Below are positions 29,234 to 39,007 of a DNA stretch of 64,000 nucleotides, piece by piece. The stretch lies in IMG/VR virus record IMGVR_UViG_3300034375_013346, positions 1 through 64,000 of that record; one strand, given 5' to 3'. A program made the position numbers and the translations under genes. Origin of the DNA: a virus. The number at the start of each line of letters is the position of its first letter. The first letter of the stretch is position 1. The notes below the pieces were generated by a model. It searched no databases, had not been told where the DNA came from, and worked only from the letters and a program-made list of their open reading frames with translations.

Positions 29234-29280
29234 TCCTTTATGAAAAAAAATACCTGAGGAAAAACCAGGAATTAGATTTG

Positions 29281-29721
29281 TGGAGCTGGGGGGATTCGAA
29301 CCCCCGTCCAGCTAGGCAAATCCTAAGAACATCGTTCACAGGCTTAGTTGATTGTACGACATCAACAAACTTTTCCCAATCCGGATTTTTGAACTGAGGC
29401 GATCGGATTCCTCAGCGGAAGACGCTAACAGCGATCTTAAGGGTATTGGACTGTGGTCCTCAGGGTTACTGATCGACTTCCTATTGTGGGTACTACTAAC
29501 CCTTATTCCCCGTTTGCAACTTTCTGTTCCTAGGCAGTTACCGCCCGGTGCTTAGGCTACAAGTGCAACTTCAGCTTCCTCAACAGGAGCTAGTCCTGCA
29601 AGGATATAAAATGGGTTTTCGCCATTTAAAAAATACATAGGTTATTATAGAGTTTCCAATGCTAACTCTGCCTGCATCAATTCAAAGAACTTCGGCCTCC
29701 TGTCGATTCCATTTCAGCCCC
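29281..29721 (-). ncRNA. ssrA: tmRNA; tag (A)GENPFYILAGLAPVEEAEVALVA*
   Basis: 5' GGGGCTGAAATGGAATCGAC; 3' GACGGGGGTTCGAATCCCCCCAGCTCCA with G3:U70; tag ORF 29623-29552 after TTAAAT. Confidence 0.92.
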
Positions 29722-29801
29722 TTATTTATTAGGTAAATTTAACCAATCAATATCAAAGGATATCAATATAGACTTGCTTTATTTTTCACCTTTACGTGAT
29801 C

Positions 29802-29828
29802 TATATGTATCATCGCGAAAATGGTTTC
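29802..29828 (-). promoter_or_regulatory. putative promoter GAAAC-N16-CATATA for tmRNA
   Basis: recurrent bipartite motif. Confidence 0.55.
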
Positions 29829-29856
29829 GTTTTAAAAAGTTAAGGATTATATCCGG

Positions 29857-30507
29857 TTAGAACTCTGGATATGGGTCTAAATCAGTGTGTTCAATCCAGC
29901 CAGTTACTATGTATTTATATTGGTCCCCGCCTGGAGGATTTCCCCTATGCAGATGAGTCCAAAACGCGGGTGCTAATAGAAGATCCCCAGTTCCCGGTTG
30001 AACCTTTTGCCCGGAATATTTAAATTCAGTTGCTCCCCCGTTTACATCATTGAGATAGAATATAAAGAACAGCTGTCTCTTTGCTGAATCCCCACCCTCG
30101 TTCTCGAAGTGCCATGCATAGTATCCCTCGTCCCCAATGTATCTCTGAGCCTGTATACTTGGGAATCCCCCTCCTGTCACAGATAGCATCTGGTGTGCGT
30201 GTCGAACCAGAATATTTCTTTGCGGCACCATTCCTTGATTAAATATAAAGGGATAATCTTCCAGATAATCTACCACTCTGTGAAGAAGAATCTCAGTGAG
30301 ATAGTCGTATATCTTCCTCCACTCCGGATCATTCAGATGGTGGTTTATCATCAGATCAGTGGAAGCTTTACTTTCCTTGTTAACCCCTCCGGATGTTATT
30401 CCCTCGAATTTGTTCGATGACATTTCGAATAGATCTATGATCCTTTTGCAAATTCCAGACGGAAGCTCTGCTGGGAATATCTTGGTTAGGTATGTTTCTT
30501 CCTCCAT
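29857..30507 (-). CDS. 2OG-Fe(II) oxygenase
   Basis: WHFE, FYLNDVNGGATEF, HLHRG, KYIVTGW. Confidence 0.85.
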   Translation of the reverse strand: MEEETYLTKIFPAELPSGICKRIIDLFEMSSNKFEGITSGGVNKESKASTDLMINHHLNDPEWRKIYDYLTEILLHRVVDYLEDYPFIFNQGMVPQRNILVRHAHQMLSVTGGGFPSIQAQRYIGDEGYYAWHFENEGGDSAKRQLFFIFYLNDVNGGATEFKYSGQKVQPGTGDLLLAPAFWTHLHRGNPPGGDQYKYIVTGWIEHTDLDPYPEF

Positions 30508-30995
30508 TAGAATGTTTTATTTAGTACATAGGAGAACTCAATTCTATCCTCCAGATGCTGGTTAAATCTCAGCGGAGTGATTCCTCCTGATTCCAGGTCA
30601 TATTTATAGCTTTCATCCATAAAACAATAAACACGAGAAACCCCTCTTTGTTTTAGTGAATTCGCATACTCGAATAGCAGATTTAGATCGATCTTTCCGC
30701 TATCTCCGTTAAACGAAACAAAGAGTAGAACATTGGATCCTTCTACAAGATGGTGGTGTGTAAAAAGAACTTCTGAGCCATCAGGGGCATAGAATTCTAT
30801 TCTCCAATCTAAAACTTCTCTCTCATTAGAAAAAGCACCCCACATCCCTCCCTGAAGCTCCATTTCTCCAACGTATTCGTCAGAGTTCTTGAACCATTTG
30901 ACCAGGTAATTTCCGGTCCCAATGGTTACGGTTATGGATTCATCTGCAACGGATACGTTTATGTCCTCTCCTGGTGGAGAATCTGATACTACCAT
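30507..30995 (-). CDS. hypothetical protein
   Basis: 162-aa ORF coupled to neighbours. Confidence 0.6.
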   Translation of the reverse strand: MVVSDSPPGEDINVSVADESITVTIGTGNYLVKWFKNSDEYVGEMELQGGMWGAFSNEREVLDWRIEFYAPDGSEVLFTHHHLVEGSNVLLFVSFNGDSGKIDLNLLFEYANSLKQRGVSRVYCFMDESYKYDLESGGITPLRFNQHLEDRIEFSYVLNKTF

Positions 30996-31013
30996 GTCAT
31001 TTATTTATTTTTT

Positions 31014-31601
31014 CTAGTGATTATTTATACATCCTGCACATTCAGTTATCGAAAGCCTTTCACCGCTCGTTACCGCAGTTACCTCGTGGGGATCCGTGCC
31101 TCTATACAAGATGAATGTTCCTTTACTTCTCGGGGCAACTTCTCCGTTTATGATCAAATCACCCCCCGAATATTCTCTCGGGTCACTCAATTGGATGGTA
31201 ATCGTCATATCCCTCTTGACACCATTATGAATTCCATCATCGATATGTAAGGTATGGTATCCTCCGGTTGGATATTTGGTAAAGTAATGCGGGCCTTCAA
31301 TACCGAACTTATAATCTGCCTTCATTGAAAAAACCCGCTCTATTTTTTCTGATAAGAATCCAATAGCATCTACCGGTATACCAACAATTTCAACCCGTCT
31401 GGGAATGCTATCTATAACTGTTTTCCTTGTGGATCTTACATCCCACATATTTGAATTCATGATTTCCGGAGAGGTGTCAATACCCTCCCAATATTTCATC
31501 AGGATGTTTATCTCCTCGTCTGAAATAACACCCTCGGCATACGAAAAGTTATCCCCCGTTTTTAGTATGAGCTCTCCCTGTCCCATGTTGTATATAATCA
31601 C
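31014..31601 (-). CDS. 2OG-Fe(II) oxygenase (PKHD-type hydroxylase-like)
   Basis: HIDD, IQLSDPREYSGGDL, HEVTAVTSGERLS. Confidence 0.85.
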   Translation of the reverse strand: MIIYNMGQGELILKTGDNFSYAEGVISDEEINILMKYWEGIDTSPEIMNSNMWDVRSTRKTVIDSIPRRVEIVGIPVDAIGFLSEKIERVFSMKADYKFGIEGPHYFTKYPTGGYHTLHIDDGIHNGVKRDMTITIQLSDPREYSGGDLIINGEVAPRSKGTFILYRGTDPHEVTAVTSGERLSITECAGCINNH

Positions 31602-32809
31602 TCCTTTGTAAGCCTTCTAAGTAACCAAAATTTCTCTATATCGCTAACCGGAACTTTTTGACATATCCGATGTACGTAATCCTCCTCTAGGTTTTTAACG
31701 TCAAACTCCAAATGCAGATGCCCATTTAATTCCGAGATTGAATCAATATCACCTATTACCTGATCGTGAAAGGTAAACCAAGACCCTGGCTCAGCTATGA
31801 AGTCGGGTATTTTTATTTCGACCTCGCTAATTTTAAGGGTAGAGCTAGAGATTCTGAAGGAAATGTGGTCAGATATATTGTAACAAGCTAGGACAACTCC
31901 GTATTTTCCATCAGCCTTGTAAGGAAAAAGAGAATATTTGAGATACTCTATTGCTGTTATTCTACTAAAATCCTTGCTTGGAGGCTTATCAGTAAGCGCT
32001 TTATATAATGTCAGTTCCCTCCCGGACTTTCCCCAATATTTCTGGAAGAATTCTTCCTCGTCTCTATATAGGACGGAATCTTCACCTCCCGAGCATGCTA
32101 CAGCCTCTATTATTTCCTCAAAGAACATGTTTCGAAACGTACCAAACCATGAAATACTATCTTTTTCCCACCGTGATGAAAACATCTCATTTTGCTGGAA
32201 TATCTCAGTTCGGTATATCGAAAACCCCCCACTTATAAATCCCTCATTTTTTCTCATAAGTAGGAGAGAATCCTTACCCTCTGAAACCATATCTTCTATC
32301 TGATCCTTGATTATATCTCCAAAATCCACCAGGGGCTGGGAATAATCATATTCGAGGTATATTGTCCATTCGTAGTTATTACGAGAAGCCAAATTAATTC
32401 CATTTTTTATTAAGCTTAAAGCAGATCTTTGGTGTGGTGCGTGTCTGGCCATGAATGAACTAAACAGACCTAGATTAGGAACGGAATACCAGTTAGACCA
32501 CCTCTGAGAAATCCCTTCAGGTTTGAATAAGGGACAGCAATTTATAAGCTCGTAATCGTTAACAAAGGTGTTATTCGAATCAAAAATAAGATAATCACAG
32601 GCCTCGGCAATTTTGTCCAGCCCATAATTGCAATGTGTAACGAAACAGACGTTAATTCCGCTTCTCTTTAGCGACAGTAGCATATCCATAGTATGTGATA
32701 GTTTTTCCATGCTATCCTGGTGAGCTCCCACTATAACTAAGGAATCGTCGATATACTTATTTTCCATCCTTGGGTACATAAGAAATGTTACATAGACCTG
32801 ACATATCAA
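31598..32809 (-). CDS. hypothetical protein, possibly GT-A-like
   Basis: about 390-aa ORF with YLEYD; glycan-gene context; start uncertain. Confidence 0.55.
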   Translation of the reverse strand: MICQVYVTFLMYPRMENKYIDDSLVIVGAHQDSMEKLSHTMDMLLSLKRSGINVCFVTHCNYGLDKIAEACDYLIFDSNNTFVNDYELINCCPLFKPEGISQRWSNWYSVPNLGLFSSFMARHAPHQRSALSLIKNGINLASRNNYEWTIYLEYDYSQPLVDFGDIIKDQIEDMVSEGKDSLLLMRKNEGFISGGFSIYRTEIFQQNEMFSSRWEKDSISWFGTFRNMFFEEIIEAVACSGGEDSVLYRDEEEFFQKYWGKSGRELTLYKALTDKPPSKDFSRITAIEYLKYSLFPYKADGKYGVVLACYNISDHISFRISSSTLKISEVEIKIPDFIAEPGSWFTFHDQVIGDIDSISELNGHLHLEFDVKNLEEDYVHRICQKVPVSDIEKFWLLRRLTKE

Positions 32810-33332
32810 CCACCCGGCTAAGACTAACCCAATCTTCCCTCAGGATTCCCAGGAATATGCTATCCAGGTATTGCCCGCATTTATGGATACATCTCCTTTT
32901 GATTCCCTCCTTTACAAAACCAACCCAAAGGGCACTCTTTAGACTAGCTATATTATTCTCTAAGACCTCAGTATCAATCCTATTCATATTTAAAACCTCG
33001 AAGCCAAAGTCTATCCCAGCTTCTAGTACAGGTTTGGAATAACCTTGTCCCCTATGATCCGATATCACATCATGGGCAGAATCATACCTTCTATTAACCC
33101 AATCTATATTTTGTATCTTATATAAACCAACCATATCTCCGGACTGGTTCAGAGCTTTAAGAATTAGTGATTTGGAGCTATCTAGAGATGAAAACCACCT
33201 TTCCTGGTCCATCGAATTAACAAAGGATATATTGTGGGTTCCAAACCATGACTCATTCTTGAGATCCTTAAGAATCGGAAGATCCTCACTCTCTATTTTT
33301 AATAGAGTTATCCCATTCTTGTGTTTATACAT
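32757..33332 (-). CDS. GNAT N-acetyltransferase (RimJ/PseH-like)
   Basis: HRGQGYS, EVLENNIAS, GFVKEG; adjacent to a sugar aminotransferase. Confidence 0.85.
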   Translation of the reverse strand: MYKHKNGITLLKIESEDLPILKDLKNESWFGTHNISFVNSMDQERWFSSLDSSKSLILKALNQSGDMVGLYKIQNIDWVNRRYDSAHDVISDHRGQGYSKPVLEAGIDFGFEVLNMNRIDTEVLENNIASLKSALWVGFVKEGIKRRCIHKCGQYLDSIFLGILREDWVSLSRVVDMSGLCNISYVPKDGK

Positions 33333-33352
33333 AGTAATTAAAGAAATTATCT

Positions 33353-34540
33353 CTACCATCCCTTCTTAATGCAATCCGCAATATACTCTCTTTGTTCATT
33401 AGTCACCCACCAACCTACTGGGATTGAAACAACATTACCTATAGTCTTATCCAGGGTTGGTAGAAAAGATCTATATTCTGCAACGCAGGTATGCTTATCG
33501 TTTCTCTCATGGACTTGAGATACCGAAATTCCACATTCATCCATCCATCTATAGAACCCATCCCTATTATCCACGAGCATTGAATAGATCCAGAAGGAGG
33601 AATCAAAACCTTCATCCCTCCTTAGGAGATTCACACCGTCTGCATCAGAAAGCTCCGAGTCGTAGAAAGAAGCATTCGATCTATGAGAATTAACTATATC
33701 ATCCGCATGTTTTAGATTTTCTATGCCCACGGTTGCACAGACGTCGTTCATGTGAAATTTATATCCCCATTCCTCTATATTCGCCTCACATCTAAAATCC
33801 TTGCGATCTCCGTCCCTATCTATTCCATACCACCTGATTAGTCTACCTCTGTTGTGCAATTCTTTATGTGGAGAGATAAGTAATCCCCCGTCAACTGAGG
33901 TTACATGCTTTATAGCCTGAAGGGAGAACATAGTTAGATTTCCGTGGGATCCTATTAATTTTCCTTTATACCTCGACCCAAATGAATGAGCCCCGTCCTC
34001 AATAACCGCTGGTTTGAAACCCAGTTTAAGGTAAGATTTTTCCTGTATACTTCTGATCTTATCGAGGTCATTCGGATATCCTCCCCAATGGACCAGCATG
34101 ATAACCTTTGTTTTATGCGTTATCTTCCTTGCAAGATCGTCTAGATCCATGTTGAGTGTTTCAGGATCTATGTCTACCCATTTTATTTTCAGCCCATTTG
34201 CTAAGATAGGCCAGTTTGAAGCGGTACACGTCAGAGGGGTTGCTAAAACCTCATCACCTGGCTGAAGCCCAGGCCATATAGAATCCGCAGCAATTGCCCC
34301 GTGATATATCTGTGTAATCTTGGTTGGTTTTTTCAATAGGTGAAGAGCTAGGTGTAAAGCTGAGGTTCCCGAGTTTACTGTCGAGATATAGTCTTGATTA
34401 AAGTACTTTCTCAGATCAGACTCAAATTGATCGACTTTTGCACCCTGTCCTATGTAGCCACTATTTAAAACCTCAGCAACCTTATCTCCAGCTTGGGGTG
34501 ACATGAAAACTTTAAAAAGAGGAATATTTTCTTTGCTCAT
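33353..34540 (-). CDS. DegT/DnrJ/EryC1/StrS PLP-dependent sugar aminotransferase
   Basis: NSGTSALHLAL, VHWGG, IEDGAHSFG, FSLQAIKHVTSVDGG. Confidence 0.92.
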   Translation of the reverse strand: MSKENIPLFKVFMSPQAGDKVAEVLNSGYIGQGAKVDQFESDLRKYFNQDYISTVNSGTSALHLALHLLKKPTKITQIYHGAIAADSIWPGLQPGDEVLATPLTCTASNWPILANGLKIKWVDIDPETLNMDLDDLARKITHKTKVIMLVHWGGYPNDLDKIRSIQEKSYLKLGFKPAVIEDGAHSFGSRYKGKLIGSHGNLTMFSLQAIKHVTSVDGGLLISPHKELHNRGRLIRWYGIDRDGDRKDFRCEANIEEWGYKFHMNDVCATVGIENLKHADDIVNSHRSNASFYDSELSDADGVNLLRRDEGFDSSFWIYSMLVDNRDGFYRWMDECGISVSQVHERNDKHTCVAEYRSFLPTLDKTIGNVVSIPVGWWVTNEQREYIADCIKKGW

Positions 34541-34560
34541 TACCTGATATATTTTTAATC

Positions 34561-34587
34561 TATATAAAAGATGGGAACTAAAGTTTC
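34561..34587 (-). promoter_or_regulatory. putative promoter GAAAC-N16-TATATA
   Basis: recurrent bipartite motif just after a terminator. Confidence 0.55.
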
Positions 34588-34599
34588 GTATGTTAACAC

Positions 34600-34626
34600 A
34601 AAAAACCCCGGCCCGATGGGCCAGGG
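34600..34626 (-). terminator. intrinsic terminator closing the DUF2828/small-RNA unit
   Basis: CCCTGGCCC-ATC-GGGCCGGGG followed by T6. Confidence 0.8.
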
Positions 34627-34642
34627 ATTAATGATAAAAAAC

Positions 34643-34759
34643 GGGATCGTGGTTCGTGTTTTACTTCCCGTCGGAAGAGGGGTTATCTTTTTTTATTGAT
34701 GGTATTATCCCAAAATTCCATCTCTCTGTTTTAACGGTAAAGTTTGCTGAACCGATCCC
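34643..34759 (-). ncRNA. CAGCAA-motif small RNA (copy 1)
   Basis: GGGATCG-GTT-CAGCAA...CGATCCC-G; internal hairpins. Confidence 0.65.
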
Positions 34760-34765
34760 TTTACC

Positions 34766-34825
34766 AGGCTTCATTTTTTTCAGTAATCATAATCGTAGTT
34801 GAAAAAAGTTTGCTGTAAGAAGCCT
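34766..34825 (-). ncRNA. CAGCAA-motif small RNA (copy 2)
   Basis: AGGCTTC-TTA-CAGCAA...GAAGCCT-G; internal TTTTTTCA/TGAAAAAA stem. Confidence 0.65.
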
Positions 34826-34837
34826 ATTTTTTATACG

Positions 34838-35101
34838 TCAAAGTACTCTTTTGTTCCTTAATTCTTCTCGTAATGAATCAACCATTTGAACAGTCATGAA
34901 ATCCTTATTTTGCCAAATGTCCAATATTAGCTTGGCTATTTCCTCTTCCCTATAGGAGGTGGTAATAAAAGCTTTCTCTCCCGAGGTGTACCCTTCTCTG
35001 ATGGATATCAGAGAGATCTCTTCTCTTTCTCTGTCGCTGCATTCTGACCAAAATTCCTCAGGATCAAAATCTACTTCTCTTTCTATTATAAAGCTAGGCA
35101 T
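34838..35101 (-). CDS. hypothetical protein
   Basis: 87-aa ORF coupled to the upstream gene. Confidence 0.6.
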   Translation of the reverse strand: MPSFIIEREVDFDPEEFWSECSDREREEISLISIREGYTSGEKAFITTSYREEEIAKLILDIWQNKDFMTVQMVDSLREELRNKRVL

Positions 35102-35102
35102 A

Positions 35103-36551
35103 TTATATCTTAATTTGTTTATATCTCTCAGAATCGATGGTTTGATCCATAATTTTTTCTGGTGTCATCCCATCACAATTGAGGATACTCCTCATGATTG
35201 CTGGGGAAAATCCAGAAACCAAAGCTGTACCAGCCTCGTCAAAGCTAACTGGTATGTTTTTTCCACTGGCATTAAGGTTCCAATACACTATGGATGGAGC
35301 CTCATATCCTGCTTCTTCATAGGATTTTTTAATCATCTCCTGTGCAGTAGGGTTCCAAATATTCTTTCCCTGCTCTCCCCAACCGAATACCTCTTCCCTT
35401 TTGTATACAGCTTGATCAAACTCCATGTCGGATAAAATTAGAAGTGTTGATGGCATCTCCTCATCAGGAACTGAATTTTTTACCGCCTGGTTGAGTATCA
35501 ATTCAAATACCGCCTGGAGATCGGTGTTCATTCCCCAATCCGAGCGGCTCAATTGTCTAAATCTATCATTGAGGTCTCCGCTTAAAACCTGGAGATCAGG
35601 ATTAGCAGAAAAAGTTATGAAAGAGTCCTTAAAACTTCCTTCATTCCTCTCGGAGATATAAAGACCCAAAGAAATTGCCACGTCCATGCAGGTAAGATTC
35701 TTATTATTACCAGCGCTACATTGCATAGATCCAGAGACGTCTACCACGGGCAGAATCATTCCGTTTGCACCCTCCATATAATTAGGCAAGGATTTCCACT
35801 GCTGATTAGCAACTTCGGAATCTCCAAATCCCAGAGATTTAGTTATATCGTAAGGATATACGGCACCTGCGTTTATTTTTGCGGTCCCGTTTTTAAGAGC
35901 CTCCCTATATTTAGCATATTGCTCGGGTGCATTTTTAGTAAATGCTTTCTGATATCTAGCAGAGGCCAAAGAGGGGAGTTTACTAAAGTCAATGGAATCC
36001 CAATCGCCCGAGCACATCTTACTTTCAACTACGTCCGTAAGAGAAACCAACAGCTTTCTGTATTCCTTGGGAGAGAGCTTCATAAAATTTCTAAGCTTCG
36101 CAGCTACTTTACCCTTTCGTGGCATCCATTTAGCACAAAGCCCGTCCTTGTTATCCAATGCTTCGGTGATTAGACTGAAAGCATCTTTTTCAACTCTGGT
36201 CCCCTCGAAAACTAGCACATCGTCCCACCTTCCGTAGAAAGGTATAAGTGAAAGATTACTCTTAACGATTAGATCTTGGTGTTCAGCAAGGTATATGATA
36301 ATATCCCTGAATATCTGTCTCTCTCCTGCTCCACCTCTCACATCCCTCGCCCAGAAAAGGATCTTCATTGCCCTTTCCGGATCCTCGTTGTATGCAAGGG
36401 AAAACTTCTGGATTAAGACTTCTTTCTCCGACCCCCTCATAGCTCCGATGTTAAAAAATAGATCAACACAGAAGCTAAGGGATGAAGAGTTAGTTGCCAT
36501 ACCGTTTTCGGTAATCGAATCTTTCGTTCTCAAGGCGTTTACTAGTTTCAT
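35103..36551 (-). CDS. Ro60/TROVE-like + VWA protein (DUF2828 type)
   Basis: TENG, ARDVRGGAGER, YGRWDD, AKWMPR helical part; VWA MIDAS DVSGSM, TFS, WGMNTD, SDMEFD, VSGFS. Confidence 0.88.
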   Translation of the reverse strand: MKLVNALRTKDSITENGMATNSSSLSFCVDLFFNIGAMRGSEKEVLIQKFSLAYNEDPERAMKILFWARDVRGGAGERQIFRDIIIYLAEHQDLIVKSNLSLIPFYGRWDDVLVFEGTRVEKDAFSLITEALDNKDGLCAKWMPRKGKVAAKLRNFMKLSPKEYRKLLVSLTDVVESKMCSGDWDSIDFSKLPSLASARYQKAFTKNAPEQYAKYREALKNGTAKINAGAVYPYDITKSLGFGDSEVANQQWKSLPNYMEGANGMILPVVDVSGSMQCSAGNNKNLTCMDVAISLGLYISERNEGSFKDSFITFSANPDLQVLSGDLNDRFRQLSRSDWGMNTDLQAVFELILNQAVKNSVPDEEMPSTLLILSDMEFDQAVYKREEVFGWGEQGKNIWNPTAQEMIKKSYEEAGYEAPSIVYWNLNASGKNIPVSFDEAGTALVSGFSPAIMRSILNCDGMTPEKIMDQTIDSERYKQIKI

Positions 36552-36658
36552 AGCTTCCGTTTTAATCAATTCCTTATATGGAAAAAATATCTTTTGTTTC
36601 TTTTTTAATTGGGAGCAAATTTAGTTATCCAAATCGTACTAAAAAAATTTTATTCCAT

Positions 36659-37330
36659 TTATTTTCTAGTTGAGATGACCTCATCTATAATTCCATATTC
36701 TACCGCCTCCTGTGAATCTAGCCAAAAATCACGAGTCGCATCATTCTTTACTTGTTCCGGATCTTTATCGCAATATGAGCCCAGAAGATCAAATAGGATC
36801 TTATTATACTTATCCCATTCAACGAAATCGATTTTAGCGTCTTGTATATTACCACTAAAACCCCCGGAAGATTGATGAAGCATTACCTTCGAGAATCTGA
36901 GAGAATATCTTTTCCCCTTGGTCCCAGCTCCAAGCAGCACAGATCCCATGGAAGCTGCCATACCGGTATTAACCGTGATTATGTCGGATTTAATATAATC
37001 CATAACGTCCACCATCGAAAGGCCAGACTTTACAGATCCCCCTGGTGAATCTATATGCATAGTTATGTCCTTCTTGTCAACCGAATCTAGGAACATTAAC
37101 TGAGCCTGAACGATAGTCGACATTTTATCGTTGACCACCCCGGAGACCCAAAGGAGTCTATCCATCATCAGTCGGGAAAATATATCCATCTGGGTAGCTC
37201 TCAATTCCCTTTCCTCCAATATATATGGGGTAAGAGAGGATTCGACCATATTTTCGTAATACATCATATTCAATGAGCTGATTCCATGTTCGCTCATTGC
37301 ATATTTACCGAATTCATCTTTTATGTTCAT
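36659..37330 (-). CDS. clpP: ATP-dependent Clp protease proteolytic subunit
   Basis: DIFSRL, SPGGSV, GMAASMG (Ser), MLHQ (His), RDFW (Asp). Confidence 0.95.
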   Translation of the reverse strand: MNIKDEFGKYAMSEHGISSLNMMYYENMVESSLTPYILEERELRATQMDIFSRLMMDRLLWVSGVVNDKMSTIVQAQLMFLDSVDKKDITMHIDSPGGSVKSGLSMVDVMDYIKSDIITVNTGMAASMGSVLLGAGTKGKRYSLRFSKVMLHQSSGGFSGNIQDAKIDFVEWDKYNKILFDLLGSYCDKDPEQVKNDATRDFWLDSQEAVEYGIIDEVISTRK

Positions 37331-37517
37331 CTATTTTTTGCTGTTTTAATGTTATGCTAAGGGCTTCATTAAGCATTTTCTGTGTCACCTTAATTTCCTC
37401 TACAACGTCAAGTATATTAACTCTCCTATTCTTGGAAATGGTTAGGTCCTCAATGTCTGTAACCACGGAGTTTAGCTTGGACTCCGCGCCTTGGATTAAT
37501 AATTTTAACTGATTCAT
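37314..37517 (-). CDS. hypothetical coiled-coil protein
   Basis: 67-aa ORF overlapping the clpP start. Confidence 0.5.
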   Translation of the reverse strand: MNQLKLLIQGAESKLNSVVTDIEDLTISKNRRVNILDVVEEIKVTQKMLNEALSITLKQQKIDEHKR

Positions 37518-37586
37518 TTTTTCACTTTTTACGAAATGTATTACAAAAATACCAGAATCAGTCGTTTTAAAAAAATTTTTATGAAA

Positions 37587-37910
37587 TTAAATAAGAGAGG
37601 TATTCACCGATCTATTAGCAACCCCATTAACTCCAGATATACCTGAATATAGAGTAGCGACACTTTTTATAGTGCTATCCCAAGGGGAATAGTTTTCAAA
37701 GAATCTTTTCATTGGGGTTATCGAAGTAACTTTTACGTCATTCATATTTCTGTGTATGCCGCATCTAATTCTACCCTTACCGTGATCGGGATGTTCCAAA
37801 TCAACATAGACAACACCCTTTCCTTCTAATCCCCATCTTACATTAGAGCAGCAAACCTGGGTACCCCCTGATTTTTCGAAGAATTCTTTCAGACTATCAA
37901 CTAAACTCAT
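37587..37910 (-). CDS. hypothetical protein
   Basis: 107-aa ORF coupled to trx. Confidence 0.55.
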   Translation of the reverse strand: MSLVDSLKEFFEKSGGTQVCCSNVRWGLEGKGVVYVDLEHPDHGKGRIRCGIHRNMNDVKVTSITPMKRFFENYSPWDSTIKSVATLYSGISGVNGVANRSVNTSLI

Positions 37911-38209
37911 GGAAGATTACTATCTATGATTTCCTGAAGCTGATTTTTCTGCTTAATTCCTATCGCCCTTTGTATCTCATCATCTCCCTTGAAGAAAACA
38001 ACCGTTGGTATATTTCTTACATTAAACTGTCCAGCAAGATCTGGTGATTCGTCTACATTTATTTTGATCAGCTTTACCCTTGGGTTATCCTCCTCAACCG
38101 ACTCCAAGATAGGTTTCATCATTTTACATGGACCGCACCATGGGGCCCAAAAATCCACCATAGTTAAATCAGATCCATCCATTTCCTTAATAAGTTCTAA
38201 AGCATTCAT
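37907..38209 (-). CDS. trxA: thioredoxin
   Basis: DFWAPWCGPCK, NIPT. Confidence 0.95.
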   Translation of the reverse strand: MNALELIKEMDGSDLTMVDFWAPWCGPCKMMKPILESVEEDNPRVKLIKINVDESPDLAGQFNVRNIPTVVFFKGDDEIQRAIGIKQKNQLQEIIDSNLP

Positions 38210-38280
38210 ATCTTTCGCTATTTATTTTCTTAGATTTTTTAGACACAGACTACATGAATATTTCGATCCTCCGATATTAT

Positions 38281-38601
38281 TTATCCCATTATGGTTTGAA
38301 CCATGTCCGGTTGGGTTCGATATATCATCTGCGGATTAGGAGCCATTATAACAGATATACCATCAGATAAGTCCTGTAAACCCGATATGTAGTTTTTCAC
38401 TGCATCCTCCAGGTTGGGTTTGAATGAGAATTGGTTCATAACATCCTTAACTATCTCATCTAAAGAATTTTCAAATTCATCTGGGTCATGGAATTTAAAG
38501 TACTTCTCATATTTCCTCACGAAATTTTTAATCATCTCCTGCTGGGGCAAGGATAAAGAAAGATCTGACATAAAGTCATCGAATTCAAAAAGTCTTTTCA
38601 T
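38281..38601 (-). CDS. hypothetical protein with N-terminal capsid-targeting-like motif
   Basis: MKRLFEFDDF; upstream GATAAATA. Confidence 0.65.
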   Translation of the reverse strand: MKRLFEFDDFMSDLSLSLPQQEMIKNFVRKYEKYFKFHDPDEFENSLDEIVKDVMNQFSFKPNLEDAVKNYISGLQDLSDGISVIMAPNPQMIYRTQPDMVQTIMG

Positions 38602-38698
38602 GTTGATAAAGATTATTATACACTATTTATCTTAGGGAGAAACAAAAAACGGAAATATGAATACTAATATATAGATCAACATCTTATAAAAAATCAAA

Positions 38699-39007
38699 AT
38701 GACAGAAGAGGAAAACATTGACGTCCAAATTGAGGATACACTTGAATTCGACGACCAAGAACAGGATTCAACAGAGGATTTTCCGGTAAACCAAGAATTT
38801 CCAGGAGAAACAGACCCGCAAGAAATAGCGGAAGATCCAGAAGGACATAATGGTATATCTGAGATTCCTGACAATGAGGTAGATCGACAAGAGGACGTTG
38901 GACTTCAAAACACCGACCACAATCAACCCGAGATAGAACAACAAAAAACCTCACCTAACCCAACAAGGGTGATGAGGTTTGAAGATTTTATCAGGGATCA
39001 ATCCTAA
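38699..39007 (+). CDS. highly acidic, probably disordered protein
   Basis: D/E/Q-rich; C-terminal RVMRFEDFI. Confidence 0.65.
   Translation: MTEEENIDVQIEDTLEFDDQEQDSTEDFPVNQEFPGETDPQEIAEDPEGHNGISEIPDNEVDRQEDVGLQNTDHNQPEIEQQKTSPNPTRVMRFEDFIRDQS

Noticed and set aside
28349-29555. ORF-track entries overlapping the tRNA/tmRNA array (5' extension of 28022..28447, 28705..28950, 29034..29219, 29176..29397, 29352..29555)
   Set aside because: They are translations of RNA genes.
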